This document shows positions 1 through 11,100 of a DNA stretch of 50,021 nucleotides, one piece after another. Positions within the stretch are counted from its first letter, which is position 1, and each line of letters begins with the position of its first letter. The position numbers and the translations under genes are program-made. The notes under the pieces were generated by a model. That model did not search any database. It saw only the letters and a program-made list of their open reading frames with translations, and had not been told where the DNA came from. This DNA is from Patescibacteria group bacterium (GTDB taxonomy: Bacteria > Patescibacteriota > Patescibacteriia > SG8-24 > DYFX01). The stretch spans positions 1 through 50,021 of the forward strand of contig JBBTWH010000020.1 in assembly GCA_038062835.1 (NCBI GenBank). The letters run 5' to 3'.

Positions 1-76
1 GAACCGGCTCGCGCGTCAGCGCGCGCTCGCCTGCCTCAGACAGTCCTCGCTCGCTTCGGAATCCCGCCGCGCCCTT
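1..76. repeat. Right part of a palindromic intergenic repeat element (related copy at the other window end)
   Basis: GGCTCGCGCGTCA (6-18) recurs at 50009-50021; GGAATCCCGCCGCGCCC (58-74) is the 15/17 reverse complement of 49947-49963. Confidence 0.55.
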
Positions 77-101
77 GGGGAAGGGGGAATAACAAGAGAA
101 T

Positions 102-1037
102 ATGAAGACGAAAGGGAAGAAGGCGTTGGTCACCGGCGGAGCCGGGTTCATCGGTTCGACGCTGGTCGATCGCCTGCTGGCGGAGGGTTTTTCGGTCGCC
201 ATCGTCGACGACCTTTCCAACGGCCGCCGCGAATACGTGAACCACGAAGCGCGTTTCTACCAGGTCGGCCTGACGAGCCCGAAACTCGCCGGCGTCTTCG
301 CCAAGGAGAAGCCAGCCTTCGTGTTCCATCTCGCCGCGCACATCGACGCGCGCGTTTCCGTCGCCGACCCTATCCACGACGCCGAGATCAACATCCACGG
401 ATCGCTCCGCGTCCTCGAAGCCTGCATCGCGACCGGCGCGAAGAAGCTCGTCTTCGCCTCCTCCGGCGGCGCCATCTATCACGATACGAAGTCCTTTCCC
501 ACGAAAGAAACGGAACCGCCGTCGCCGCTCACGCCCTACGGCGTCGCCAAACTCGCCTTCGAGCACTACCTGAAGGCCGCCCAGCACCAATTCGGGCTCG
601 CCTACGCGGCCCTGCGCTACGCCAACGTCTACGGTCCTCGCCAGGACCAGCAAGGAGAAGGCGGCGTCATCGGCGTCTTCTGCAAGACGCTGCTCGACGG
701 CAAGAAACCTTCGATTTTCGGCGGCGGCAAGCAGACGCGCGACTTCGTTTACGTCGACGATGTCGTCGAAGCCAATCTGAAAGCGCTCTCATCGAAGAAG
801 TCCGGCGTCTGGCATATCGCCACTGGCAAGCAGACGAGCGTGAACGCCGTCGCGCGCCTCATCGCCGACGCTTTCGGCTGGAAGAAGGGTTTCGGCAAAG
901 GTCCGATGCCCTCCGGCGATGTCCTGCGCAGCTGCCTCGACACCTCGAAGGCGAAGAAGGATCTCGGCTGGAAACCGGAAGTCGACGTCGCACTCGGCAT
1001 CCGCCGCACGGTCGCCTGGTTCAAGACGCGGCGTTGA
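102..1037 (+). CDS. NAD-dependent epimerase/dehydratase (UDP-glucose 4-epimerase-like, extended SDR)
   Basis: TGGAGFIG Rossmann motif, YGVAK (YxxxK), RYANVYGPRQ, TRDFVYVDDV. Confidence 0.93.
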   Translation: MKTKGKKALVTGGAGFIGSTLVDRLLAEGFSVAIVDDLSNGRREYVNHEARFYQVGLTSPKLAGVFAKEKPAFVFHLAAHIDARVSVADPIHDAEINIHGSLRVLEACIATGAKKLVFASSGGAIYHDTKSFPTKETEPPSPLTPYGVAKLAFEHYLKAAQHQFGLAYAALRYANVYGPRQDQQGEGGVIGVFCKTLLDGKKPSIFGGGKQTRDFVYVDDVVEANLKALSSKKSGVWHIATGKQTSVNAVARLIADAFGWKKGFGKGPMPSGDVLRSCLDTSKAKKDLGWKPEVDVALGIRRTVAWFKTRR

Positions 1038-1038
1038 T

Positions 1039-1965
1039 ATGGGGATGTTCGACAAGCTTTTCGGCGACAAGTCCTCCATCGACAGGGTCGTCGGCGGTAC
1101 GGACCAGGAGCAGAGACGCGTCCGCAAGCAGGCGGAAAAGTTCTTCAAGGACCAGGAGTTCGACGAACTCGTCGGCCGCGAGATTCCGAAGACCCGCGAA
1201 GATATCGAGATGCTCGAGCTCATCGCCGCGGAAATCGATCTCCTGCGCGAGAAATACGGACTGCCGTCGTATCGCGTCCCACCCGAGAACGTGCATCTGA
1301 TGATGCCCGACGACCCTTTCATGAGGGCGCCGGGCGAGTTCAAGCCAGCGATGCAGGCGATGTTCCTGAAAGCGGACACCTCCCGGGCGGCCATGATGCA
1401 TATCGCGTTCCATGAGATGGTCCACTTCAAATCCTTCCAGAGCCTCCAGCCTGACGGCGAAAAGACCTCGCTTCGGCGCGTCGGTCTCTCGGCCGAACTT
1501 GCCGAGGGGGACATCGTCGCGTTCGGCGCCTTGAACGAGGCCGTTACCGAGGAGCTGACGATTCGATTCATGCGCAAGATGGCCGATCACCCCTTCATCA
1601 AACCTGAACGGGAAGCCAAGGAGCGGCTGTACGCCAAGTGGGGAAAACCCGATCGTCCGGATTTTTTCAGGGCGAAGCAGGTCCGCGGACCGAAAGGCGA
1701 GGTCGAGTACATACTTCAGGGTTTCGGATACCCGAAGGAGCGTCAGGCGCTGAACGCCTTGATCGACAAGCTCATGGAAAAAACCCCGGAGAGGTTCAGG
1801 GATCGGGAGGAGATTTTCGAGATGTTCGCCGGCGGCGCCTTCAACGGCCATCTCCTGGAACTCGCGCGGCTGATTGAGGACGCGTTCGGTCAGGGATCCT
1901 TCCGGAAGATCGCGGAGTTCGGGCACGATCGCGACAAGCTTCTGGAATTCGTCGAATCCCTCTGA
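1039..1965 (+). CDS. Hypothetical zincin-like metalloprotein
   Basis: ATG 1 nt after the epimerase stop (ORF-track start at 919 is an overextension); HEMVH plus downstream ALNEAVTE gives a gluzincin-type HExxH...E pattern. Confidence 0.7.
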   Translation: MGMFDKLFGDKSSIDRVVGGTDQEQRRVRKQAEKFFKDQEFDELVGREIPKTREDIEMLELIAAEIDLLREKYGLPSYRVPPENVHLMMPDDPFMRAPGEFKPAMQAMFLKADTSRAAMMHIAFHEMVHFKSFQSLQPDGEKTSLRRVGLSAELAEGDIVAFGALNEAVTEELTIRFMRKMADHPFIKPEREAKERLYAKWGKPDRPDFFRAKQVRGPKGEVEYILQGFGYPKERQALNALIDKLMEKTPERFRDREEIFEMFAGGAFNGHLLELARLIEDAFGQGSFRKIAEFGHDRDKLLEFVESL

Positions 1966-1966
1966 G

Positions 1967-2602
1967 ATGCTCATCCTGAAGATCGATCCGAAGAAGCCCG
2001 ACGCCGAGGCGCTGAAGAAAGCCGTCTTGATCTTGAAATCCGGCGGCCTCGTCGTCTATCCGACGGAAACTGCCTACGCGCTCGGCTGCGACCCCAAAAA
2101 TCCGAAAGCCGTGAAGCGGCTTTTTTCCGTGAAGAAGCGCGACGCCTCGAAGCCGCTGCCGCTCATCGCCGCCACGAAATCCCAAGCGGGCAATTTTACG
2201 CGGTCGGGCGTTTTTGCCCGCGTGCTGGCCGACGCGTTTTGGCCGGGGCCGCTGACGCTCGTCACGCCCGCCGCCGCGCGCTTCGCGCCTGGCGTCGTTT
2301 CCAAGAGGGGAGAGCTCGCCGTCCGCGTCAGTACGCATCCCGTCGCCGCCGCACTTTCGAAAGCTCTCGGACGCCCGATCGTCTCCACCTCCGCTAACCG
2401 TTCCGGCGGGAAGACGGCGTATGACGTCCCCTCCGCGCTCGCGGATCTCGGCACGCTACCTGACCTCGTCCTCGATGCGGGAACGCTGAAGAAATCGCCG
2501 ACATCGACTGTCGTCCGCCCATCCGGCGGCGTCATGGAAATCCTGCGCGAAGGCCCAATCTCCGAGGACGACCTGCATCGCGCCTTGATGAGGACCCTAT
2601 GA
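1967..2602 (+). CDS. tsaC: L-threonylcarbamoyladenylate synthase (YrdC/TsaC domain only)
   Basis: VVYPTETAYALG, KKRDASKPL, FWPGPLTL, STSANRSG; ATG at 1967 follows the upstream stop. Confidence 0.93.
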   Translation: MLILKIDPKKPDAEALKKAVLILKSGGLVVYPTETAYALGCDPKNPKAVKRLFSVKKRDASKPLPLIAATKSQAGNFTRSGVFARVLADAFWPGPLTLVTPAAARFAPGVVSKRGELAVRVSTHPVAAALSKALGRPIVSTSANRSGGKTAYDVPSALADLGTLPDLVLDAGTLKKSPTSTVVRPSGGVMEILREGPISEDDLHRALMRTL

Positions 2603-3759
2603 CCGCCTTCCGCGACGTCTTCGAACGCTTCCTCGCCACCCACGCCTCGCGCCAGGTGAAGGGCTTGATGTCGGCGACGGCCGTCCTCGATTTCGCCGTC
2701 TCCTCGATCGCGCTGTTCGAGCCGATTTACCTCTACGCGCTCGGCTGGTCGCTCGCCTCGATTTGCGCGTTCTATCTCGCGATCTACGCGCTGACGTTCT
2801 TCCTCCTGCCGTTCGGCGCGCGCTACGTCGGCCGCCTCGGCTTCCAGCACGCGATGCTCTTCTCGAGTCCGTTCCTGATCGTCTATTTCCTCGCGCTCTA
2901 CGCCATTCCGCGCCACCCGGCCTTCATCGGCCTGGCGGTCGTCGCCTTCGCGGTCCAGAAGATCCTGTACTGGCCGGCCTTCCACGCGGAAATGGCCAGG
3001 TTCGGCCGCGACGGCGAGCGGGGACGCGAGGTCTCGAACATGGCCAGCCTCGCTTCCTTCGCGACCATCCTCGGTCCGACCTTCGGCGGCGTGCTGATCG
3101 GCCTCTACGGCTTCCCGGTCGCGTTCATCGCCGCCAGCCTGCTCATCCTCGCCTCGAACATCCCGCTCATCTCCATTCCGGAAGAACGTTCGAAAGACGG
3201 GTTCGCGTACTTGCCGGCTCTGAAGCGCGTCTTCAGCAAGGAGCGCCGCGCCGATCTCGCCGCGATGTCCGGTTTCGGCGAGGAGTTCGTCGTCCAGGCC
3301 ATCTGGCCGATCTTCCTGTTCGTCACCCTGAAGGGTTTCGCCGCGACCGGCGTCGTCGTCTCCGTCTCCATACTGCTGACGACGCTGACGATGCTCTTCA
3401 TCGGCCGCATCACCGACCTCCAGAGTCGCCACGCCGTCATGCGCACCGGCGCGATTTTCACCTCATTTTCATGGGCCCTGCGCCCGTTTCTCATCGGCCC
3501 GCTGGGCGTCCTGGCGGGTGATTTCTTCTACCGTGCTTCCCGCTCGCTCCTCGGCATTCCGATGATGGCCGTCCTCTACGAACGCGTGAGCAAAGGCCCG
3601 TTCTTCGAGCGCCTCATCAGCCTCGAGATGAGCATCATGCTCGGCAAGGCGCTCATGATGGCCGTCGGCGTCGTCGTCGCGATGATATGGCCGGACGCCT
3701 TCCTGCCGTTCTTCGTCCTGGCGGCGATCTTCTCGCTGCTGTACGCGAAACTTCCTTGA
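2599..3759 (+). CDS. MFS transporter
   Basis: About 12 hydrophobic segments, GRLG and GRITD loop motifs, ATGA coupling to tsaC. Confidence 0.82.
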   Translation: MTAFRDVFERFLATHASRQVKGLMSATAVLDFAVSSIALFEPIYLYALGWSLASICAFYLAIYALTFFLLPFGARYVGRLGFQHAMLFSSPFLIVYFLALYAIPRHPAFIGLAVVAFAVQKILYWPAFHAEMARFGRDGERGREVSNMASLASFATILGPTFGGVLIGLYGFPVAFIAASLLILASNIPLISIPEERSKDGFAYLPALKRVFSKERRADLAAMSGFGEEFVVQAIWPIFLFVTLKGFAATGVVVSVSILLTTLTMLFIGRITDLQSRHAVMRTGAIFTSFSWALRPFLIGPLGVLAGDFFYRASRSLLGIPMMAVLYERVSKGPFFERLISLEMSIMLGKALMMAVGVVVAMIWPDAFLPFFVLAAIFSLLYAKLP

Positions 3760-3760
3760 T

Positions 3761-4540
3761 ATGGCTATCCGTCGATACGGCCAACATTTCCTGACTGACG
3801 CGAACATCGTCCGCAGGATCGTCGAAGCGTCCGGCGTCGGCCAGGACGACGCGGTCCTCGAGATCGGCCCAGGCCGCGGCATCCTGACGCGCGCCCTTGC
3901 GGAGTCCGCCAGCAAGGTCCTGACGGTCGAGATCGACCGCCGCCTCCACGCGCTGCTCGTCGAGGAGGGCTTGCCCTCGAACGTCGAGCTCATCCGCGCC
4001 TCCGCCCTGGACATCGAGCCGGAGACGCTTTCCGAGAAGCTCGGCGCGGACTGGAAGCTCGTCGCCAACCTGCCCTACGAGATCACGGCCAGGACGCTCG
4101 AACGCTTCCTGCCGATGCGCGCTGAGACAGGCAAAGGCCCGACATCCATCACCCTGATGCTCCAGAAGGAAGTGGGGGAGCGCATCGTCGCCAAGCGCGG
4201 CGAAATGAGCCGTCTGGCGGTTTTCTGCGGATATTACGCGAGTTCCCGCGTCATTTTCGACGTGCCGGCCGGCGCCTTTTCCCCGCCCCCGAAGGTCCGT
4301 TCCTGCGTCGTCCGCCTCGATCTTCGCTCCGGGGTGCCCCTCACCGGTCCGCAAGAAGCCGTTTTTTTCCGGCTTTTGTCCGCCGGATTCTCGGAAAAGC
4401 GCAGGCAATTGAAGAACACGCTCGCGTCCGTCCTCGGTCCGGCAGCCGCCGACCGACTCCGCGAAGCCGGCATTGCTCCTGAGGCGCGACCGGAGGAAAC
4501 TTCGCTAGAACAGTGGATTACTTTGGCTCAGCAGGTGTGA
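3761..4540 (+). CDS. rsmA: 16S rRNA m6,2A1518/1519 dimethyltransferase
   Basis: GQHFL, VLEIGPGRG, VANLPY, MLQKEV, FSPPPKV, RPE. Confidence 0.96.
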   Translation: MAIRRYGQHFLTDANIVRRIVEASGVGQDDAVLEIGPGRGILTRALAESASKVLTVEIDRRLHALLVEEGLPSNVELIRASALDIEPETLSEKLGADWKLVANLPYEITARTLERFLPMRAETGKGPTSITLMLQKEVGERIVAKRGEMSRLAVFCGYYASSRVIFDVPAGAFSPPPKVRSCVVRLDLRSGVPLTGPQEAVFFRLLSAGFSEKRRQLKNTLASVLGPAAADRLREAGIAPEARPEETSLEQWITLAQQV

Positions 4541-4546
4541 TACAAT
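4538..4546 (+). promoter_or_regulatory. Extended -10 promoter (TGnTACAAT) 6 nt upstream of ATG 4553; leaderless-type
   Basis: TGATACAATcgggtcATG, no SD. Confidence 0.6.
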
Positions 4547-4552
4547 CGGGTC

Positions 4553-5155
4553 ATGCCCGATGATCGGATGATCACGGACGAAAGCCCCCAACGGCACCGC
4601 GCAGGGGCGTGGGTTGTTTTGCTTGTCGGCGTCATCGGTCTCGGCATCGGCGTCATGCAATGGCGCGGATCGTTCGGCAAAGTCTTCGCGCAGCGCACCG
4701 ACGCGTTCAAGACGCCCGCGGAACTCGAGGCTCAGCGCTTCGAGGAAATGAAGACGAAGGACACTGATGCCGACGGACTCAACGACTACGAAGAAAGCAA
4801 GGTCTATTTGACGAGTCCGTACCTCGCCGACTCCGATTCCGACGGCGTCGACGATAAGACCGAGCTGGCGAAGGGCGACGACCCCAACTGCCCGGTCGGT
4901 AAGGAATGCGGCGGCCTCCTGGGAGCCATCGAAACGCAGGCCACTCTCTCGGCGACCGCGGCCGAGGAACTGGCCAAGCAGGAAGATATCGCGTTGCGGC
5001 AGTTCATGAATCCGACGCCCGAACAGATCCGCCAGCTGCTCCTCCAAGCAGGCGTCAAACCGGAAGACATCAAGGATATCGACGACGCGACCCTGCTCGA
5101 GCTTTATCTCCAATCGCTGGCGGAAGCCCAGGCCAAACTTCCCCCAGCAAAATAG
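4553..5155 (+). CDS. Membrane-anchored protein with bacterial TSP3-like Ca-binding repeats
   Basis: N-terminal TM; DTDADGLNDYEE and DSDSDGVDDKTE; CPxxxxC. Confidence 0.75.
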   Translation: MPDDRMITDESPQRHRAGAWVVLLVGVIGLGIGVMQWRGSFGKVFAQRTDAFKTPAELEAQRFEEMKTKDTDADGLNDYEESKVYLTSPYLADSDSDGVDDKTELAKGDDPNCPVGKECGGLLGAIETQATLSATAAEELAKQEDIALRQFMNPTPEQIRQLLLQAGVKPEDIKDIDDATLLELYLQSLAEAQAKLPPAK

Positions 5156-5158
5156 CCT

Positions 5159-8100
5159 ATGCGCGGCCGGATCCCGTCCTTCAGGAAAAAATCGATTGCC
5201 GCAGCGCTCGCGACGTTCGTCGGGATCGTCTCGTTTGGCATCTTCCTGTTCGCGTCGAGGTCGGCGACTGCGGCCCCGGTCGAGGTGACCAACGTCAGCC
5301 CGGGCGAAGCCGTCCTGATCGCTGACGAGAAGCAGCAGACGGCGCAGGGCATCAAGGCTGGTCTGCATGATTCGGCGCAGGCAGGACGCGAGACCAGGAA
5401 GGAAGCTGAAGCGAAGTGGACCGTTTCCCTCACGAACACCGCCGCAGTCGCCGTCCTGAACGGACTCAATTATTTCGCTCAAAAGATCGCCTACGATGCC
5501 GCCGTCTACGTCAGTTCCGGCGGCAAGGGGCAGGTTCCGCTGATTTTCGATCGTCCGGGCGCGTATTTCAAAAGCGTGACCGGGGACGCGGCCGGCGAAA
5601 TCTTAGGCACGCTCACGACTGACCCTGCCACGTTCGGAAAATACGGCGTGAACCTGTGCGTCCCGAAGGATCCTAAATTGGCTTTGAACCTGAAGCTGGG
5701 ATTCCTGAAGAGCCTCCCGAGCTTCGGCGTCGGCAGCGCGCCCGTCTCGAAGTGCTCGTGGGACAGCATTTCCACCAACTGGGAGACGTTTACCGGCCAG
5801 AGCAGCGCGGACGTCCTCGATAACGTGGGCGTCATGTTCTCGCCCGGTGAAAGCTCGCTCGCCGCCGCGATCGAGGTCAACAGCGTCGCGCTGAAGGAAA
5901 TCAACCTCCGCACCTATACGGCCGGTATCGAACAGGCGGTGGGCGACGGGTTCAAGCCTGTCGTCGATAAGATTTCAGGAACGCTCAAGACGCCGGCGTC
6001 GACCGTCAAGAAGACCTTTGAATACAGCGTAGACGAAGGGTACAAGGTCAAGGACAACACGACGCTGATCGCCGGCAGCGCCTTCGGTGCCGGCGCGCTC
6101 GGCGTCCTGTCGCCCGCGCTGAAGACGTTCGCGGGCGTCCTGACCGATAAGCTGACGAAGAAGATTTTCGAGCAGGGCCTCATTTCCATCAGCGATCTGC
6201 TGGGAGGCGATGACGGCGACAAGAATCTTGAGTTCGACGCCGCGCCTTCGATGGGCGGCCGAGCCACGGCCGAGCTGGCGAACGCGTCCCTCCTGACCCC
6301 GAAGATCCTCACGGTCAGCAACTACAACGAGCTCCTCGATTTCGCGTCGTGTCCGGAGGAGAACCGCACTCCCAGCAATTGCGTCATCGACCAGCAGTTC
6401 TATGGCGCGCTTTCGCGCGTCGAACAGGGCGTCACCGTCACGCTGCGCCAGGCCATCCAGCAGGGTTACCTGAACCGCAACTGGCAGCTTTTGCCGCTGG
6501 CGCACCGGAAGAATCTTCAGGGCAACTGCTTCAACGAGGCGTTCTGCTACAGCAACCTCGTGAAGCTCCGCAAGGCGCGTATCATCCCGGCCGGTTGGGA
6601 GATCGCCGCGAACTCGCCCTTCAACGAATCTTCCCGTCCTGTCACGCTCGGCGAGGCGATGGACCGATTCAACGACTGCCCGATGACGACCGACGCGGAC
6701 GGCGAGCAGGTCGTCGATACGACGCGTCTTCCCGACCCCGCCCATCCCTGGTGCCACTTGGTCGACCCCGAGTGGGTCTTGAAGTATCCCGCGTCGCTGT
6801 GCCGCCAGCGCGGGCCCGGACCGACGCCGGTCAGCAGCCAGTCGGCGAACCGCGCCCAGGTCTGCGTCGACGTCGCGACGTGCGTTTCCGAGGACGCGTC
6901 AGGCAATTGCATCGGCGGCTATGGATATTGCGTCCGTGAGAAGAGCGCCTGGAAGCTGGATGCCGATGCCTGCCCTGCCCACTACGCAAGCTGCAGCACG
7001 TATCAGCGCGCCGGCGGCGGTACGGTCTCGTATCTTTCAAACACCCTCGATGGCGCCGCGTGCAATTCGCAGAACGCCGGTTGCCGACAGTACAGCCTTT
7101 CGCCCAATGCCGTCCCGAATCCGGGCTTCGAAGACGCGCTCGGCGACGAGCCGCGCGACTGGACTCTTTCCGCTCAAGCGCGATATCACCGAGGCGGACG
7201 ACTTTCATCGCGAGGTTCGGGCGCCGTGGGCGTGAGCGGCGGAGCGCGCGGCGGCGTGCGGGTCGGCGGCCTGCTTCCTGGTACCGCCTATCGCCTTTCC
7301 GGCTCGGTCATGCAGGAGGACGAGAACACGACCGCGTTGGGCACGATCAGGGTCGCTTTGCTTGACGACGCTGGCGCCGCGATCGATGCCGGAACTTTGA
7401 CGACGACGTGCGAAAGCGACGGCACGGGGACCGCCGTCGACCTTGATATCGTCTCGACGAGCCTCGGCTATCTTTCCGGCGCGTGCGAGATCACGCTTCC
7501 CGAAGACGCCGTCGCCGCCGAAATCACGATTTTCTCGGACGCCGCCGGCGATAACCGCACCTGGTTCGACGAGATCGGACTGTTCGGCGGGTCCTTCTCC
7601 GCCTCGCCATACGACGCCGTCTTCATGAACGCCAAGGCCGAGAAGTGCGCGGATGACCAGGCCGGCTGCAGCCGATTCGCGCGTCTTGCGACGGGCACGC
7701 TCAACGTGCTGCGCAACCCGAGTTTCGAGGACGCGGAAGGCGACCTTCCGGCGTTCTGGAAGGGAGCGTCCGCTTCGCGCTACGAGAACAGCACGTTGCT
7801 CGGCCAAAACGGCATCTCGGCGTATGCCCTCTCGACGGTACCGATAACGCAGACGATCGACGGCATCACGGCGGACGCTTCGTACGCTTTCTCCGTCTTC
7901 AGCCGCCGCGAGGCCTCCGGCGCTACCTCCGGCACCGCGAGAATCCAGATCTACGACTCCAGCCGCCCGCCCGCGCCCGTCGCGCCCGTCGCGGTCGACG
8001 GATGCGACCTCGTCGGCGACGCGATCGTCGTCGATCTCGCGGACGGCGCCGATTTCGCGCTCTCCGAGTGCCGTTTCACCACTCCGCAGGAAGCCGGTTC

Positions 8101-11100
8101 CGCCGTCATCTCTCTTTCGGCGAACGCGCTCGCCCCGAGGATACTGGCGGACGCCGCCCAGCTGGAGCTTTCGGTCAGGGCCACGAGCTTCCACGCGGGG
8201 TATTCCGCCGCGACCGAGCGCGTCTTCCTGAAGAAGGCGCCTGGAGGCCTGAACTGCGTCGGCTCGAACCCGTCGCCGGAGTGCGCCAAGTACGCGCCGT
8301 CCTGCCGCCGAGACGAAGTCGGCTGCAACTCGTACCAGCCGCTCGACGGCGGTATCGCCGTTCCTGCCGTGACGACAGACGCCGACGCTTGCCCGTCCGA
8401 ATGCTCCGGCTACGACACGTTCCGTCAGGAGCCTTCGGATTTCAACGATGCCGAATTCCCGGTCTTCCTCATCCCGCCTACGGCGCAGAGCTGCACGGCG
8501 TCGGAAGCCGGATGCTCGGAATTCACGAACATCGAGCGCCTGGCTGCGGGAGGGGAGTCGCGCGAATACTACTCGTATCTGCGCCTGTGCGCGGAACCCG
8601 GCCCCCGATCCGCCACGTACTACACCTGGGAAGGAAGCGGCGAGAGCGGCGATGGCATCCGTCTTCGCAGCTGGGCGTTGCTCCGCAGCGATATCGCCGC
8701 CGCGGCGATCGGCGAATCCGATCCGACGGGAGGCAACGCGCCTTGCACCAAGCTGGCGTACGACGTCTCCGGACGGCCGGTCTGCGCCGACGACGCCGTA
8801 AGCGTCGCCGCAGCCTCCTGTTCCAAGGGACTCGTCGGATCGTATCCGGACTGCCGCGAGTTCTATGACGACGCCGGCAACATCCACTATCGCCTGTATT
8901 CCAAGACGGTCGTCTCGACCGAGGAGTGCAAGGAATACCGCATCACGAAGACGACCGAGACCGAGTGCGGAAGCCACGGAGGCTTCTGGAAGAACGGCGA
9001 ATGCCGCTACCGCTCCTATGCCGCCGAAAGCGTCTCTTGTCGCGCCGAAGCCGCCGGCTGCCGCGCCTATTCCGGCAACGCCTCGCGCAACCTCCGCGTC
9101 GTCTTCACGGATACCCTGGAGAACGGCACGACGGACGGATGGGTTTCCGCCCCGGGCGCCGGTTCCACCCTTGACGTCGTCAACAGCAACGAATCCGTCG
9201 CCGCCGCCGGGCACTCTCTCAAGGTCGCGCGCGCCGAGGTCTTCAAGGATGTCGCGCTCTCGCTCCGCCGCGGCCGTCAGTACGTCCTGACGTTCTGGGC
9301 GAAGGGGACCGGCGACCTTACCGCGCGCCTGAACCGGATGCAGGGAGCGTCATTCACCCTGGACCGCGTCTCCGGGACGGAGAAGCCGATTTCGCTCACG
9401 ACGGAGTGGAAGCCGTACCAGGTCGGTCCGATCGAGCTTGCCTCCGCCCCGGCTTCCGACGAGCACGTGGTCATCGAACGCCTCGGGGGAGGGAGCCCGC
9501 TGATGTATCTCGACAATATCGAGCTCCGGGAGCTGACCGAGAACATCTTCCTGATCGACGGTTCTTGGGAGACCCCAGCGTCCTGCGACGAGACGCCTGC
9601 GGGAGACGCCGCGCCCCAGTATATGCTCGGCTGCCGCGCCTACTCCGACAAGGACAGGATCCGCGCGCACTTCAAGTCGTTCGAGAAGCTTTGCCGTCCC
9701 GAAGCGGTCGGTTGCGAGGCTTTGTATGACACGCGCAACAGCGAGTCGCCGTACGCACAGGCGTTCAACGCCGTCTGTTCGCTGCCCGACGGTCCCGACG
9801 CCGGCGCCGCTCCGGACGTCTGCACGGAACTCTCCTGCCCGTGCGCCTTCTCCGGCAAACAGGTCTGCGAGGTCGTCCTAGGCTCGTCGTCGTGCCGTTT
9901 CGACGCGGATGAAGAGGTCCCTCCTGAAAACGTCAGTCCGACCGGCGACACGGCCCGCGTCGCCGCCGACGGCATCGTCTACCTGGTCAACGACAAGCGC
10001 TTCCGCTGCGAGTCTTCGAACATGGGCTGCTCCGAACTCGGCGACCGTACCATGAACCCGGACCGTCTGGCGGTGCGGAGCTGGAGCAAGAAGACGCTCA
10101 AGAACCTGCCCAGCTCGTACGCGACGACGCTCTGCAAGTCGTCCGAGGAATTCTGCCAGGCCTACACCAGCCGCGCCGATGGAGCGCAGGTCTATTTCAA
10201 GGACCCAGACACGCGCGTCTGCGAATTCCGCGAAGCCACGACGCTGTCGTCGAACGGCGTCAACGGCAACGGCTGGTTCCGCAAGGGATCGAATGAGCCG
10301 TGCGACGACGAGTTCCTTGAAGCCGGTACGCGCTTCGGCATCTGGAAGAACTCCGACGCCCGCTATGAGGGGTGGGCCGGAACGTGCGAAGCCCGCTACG
10401 ACATGTGCAAGGAATTCATCGATCCTGAGGATCGTTCGGCCGGGTACGAAGGCGGCAAGGCGTATTTCGCGATCATGAACGACAGGCTCGACGTGAAGAC
10501 GTGCCAGGGCCGCGCCAGCCTGCGGCAGTCTCCCTTGGGAGCCAACGACGCTTCCGCCTGCGTCCTCTTCTGGCAGACCGACGATCTCAAGAAGAGATAC
10601 GACGCGAAGCTCACCTACGAAGCCTCCGAGGCGGCCAACGGAGCTCTCGTGACGCCGCTCTCAGGCGCCGACGACACCGCCAACGTCATCATCAAGGTCA
10701 AGCGCGACCGCCAGTGCGGCGAGTGGCTCGATTGCCGCTCCAGCGAGAACGTCTTCAACGCCACGACGGGCCAATACCAGAGCGTCTGCACCGCTTTCAG
10801 CCTGTGCGCCGAGTTTGAACGCGCCGGCGACACGACGAGGTGCGTGCGCTACGTGGAGAGTTCCTATTCCGGTCGGACGCTCACGCCCGGCATCTATGCC
10901 GGCCGCGACGTCAGCTGGGAGGGTATGGAGTATTCCGGCTACGGCATCCCGAACCGCTACCCGGTCGAGGAGCTCGTGACGTTCAACGTCGGTCCTTCGT
11001 CGACGTCGCCCGAACTTCGTCTGGTGCGTTCCATCGGGACGTGCAGCGAGGCATACGGCGCCGCCTGCGGCCCGGCCGGCGACAAAGGCACATGCATGGG

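Noticed and set aside
4107-4140. Possible palindromic in-frame insert in rsmA (LPMRAETGKG)
   Set aside because: Only weak CCTG...CAGG pairing; cannot be supported without an orthologue alignment
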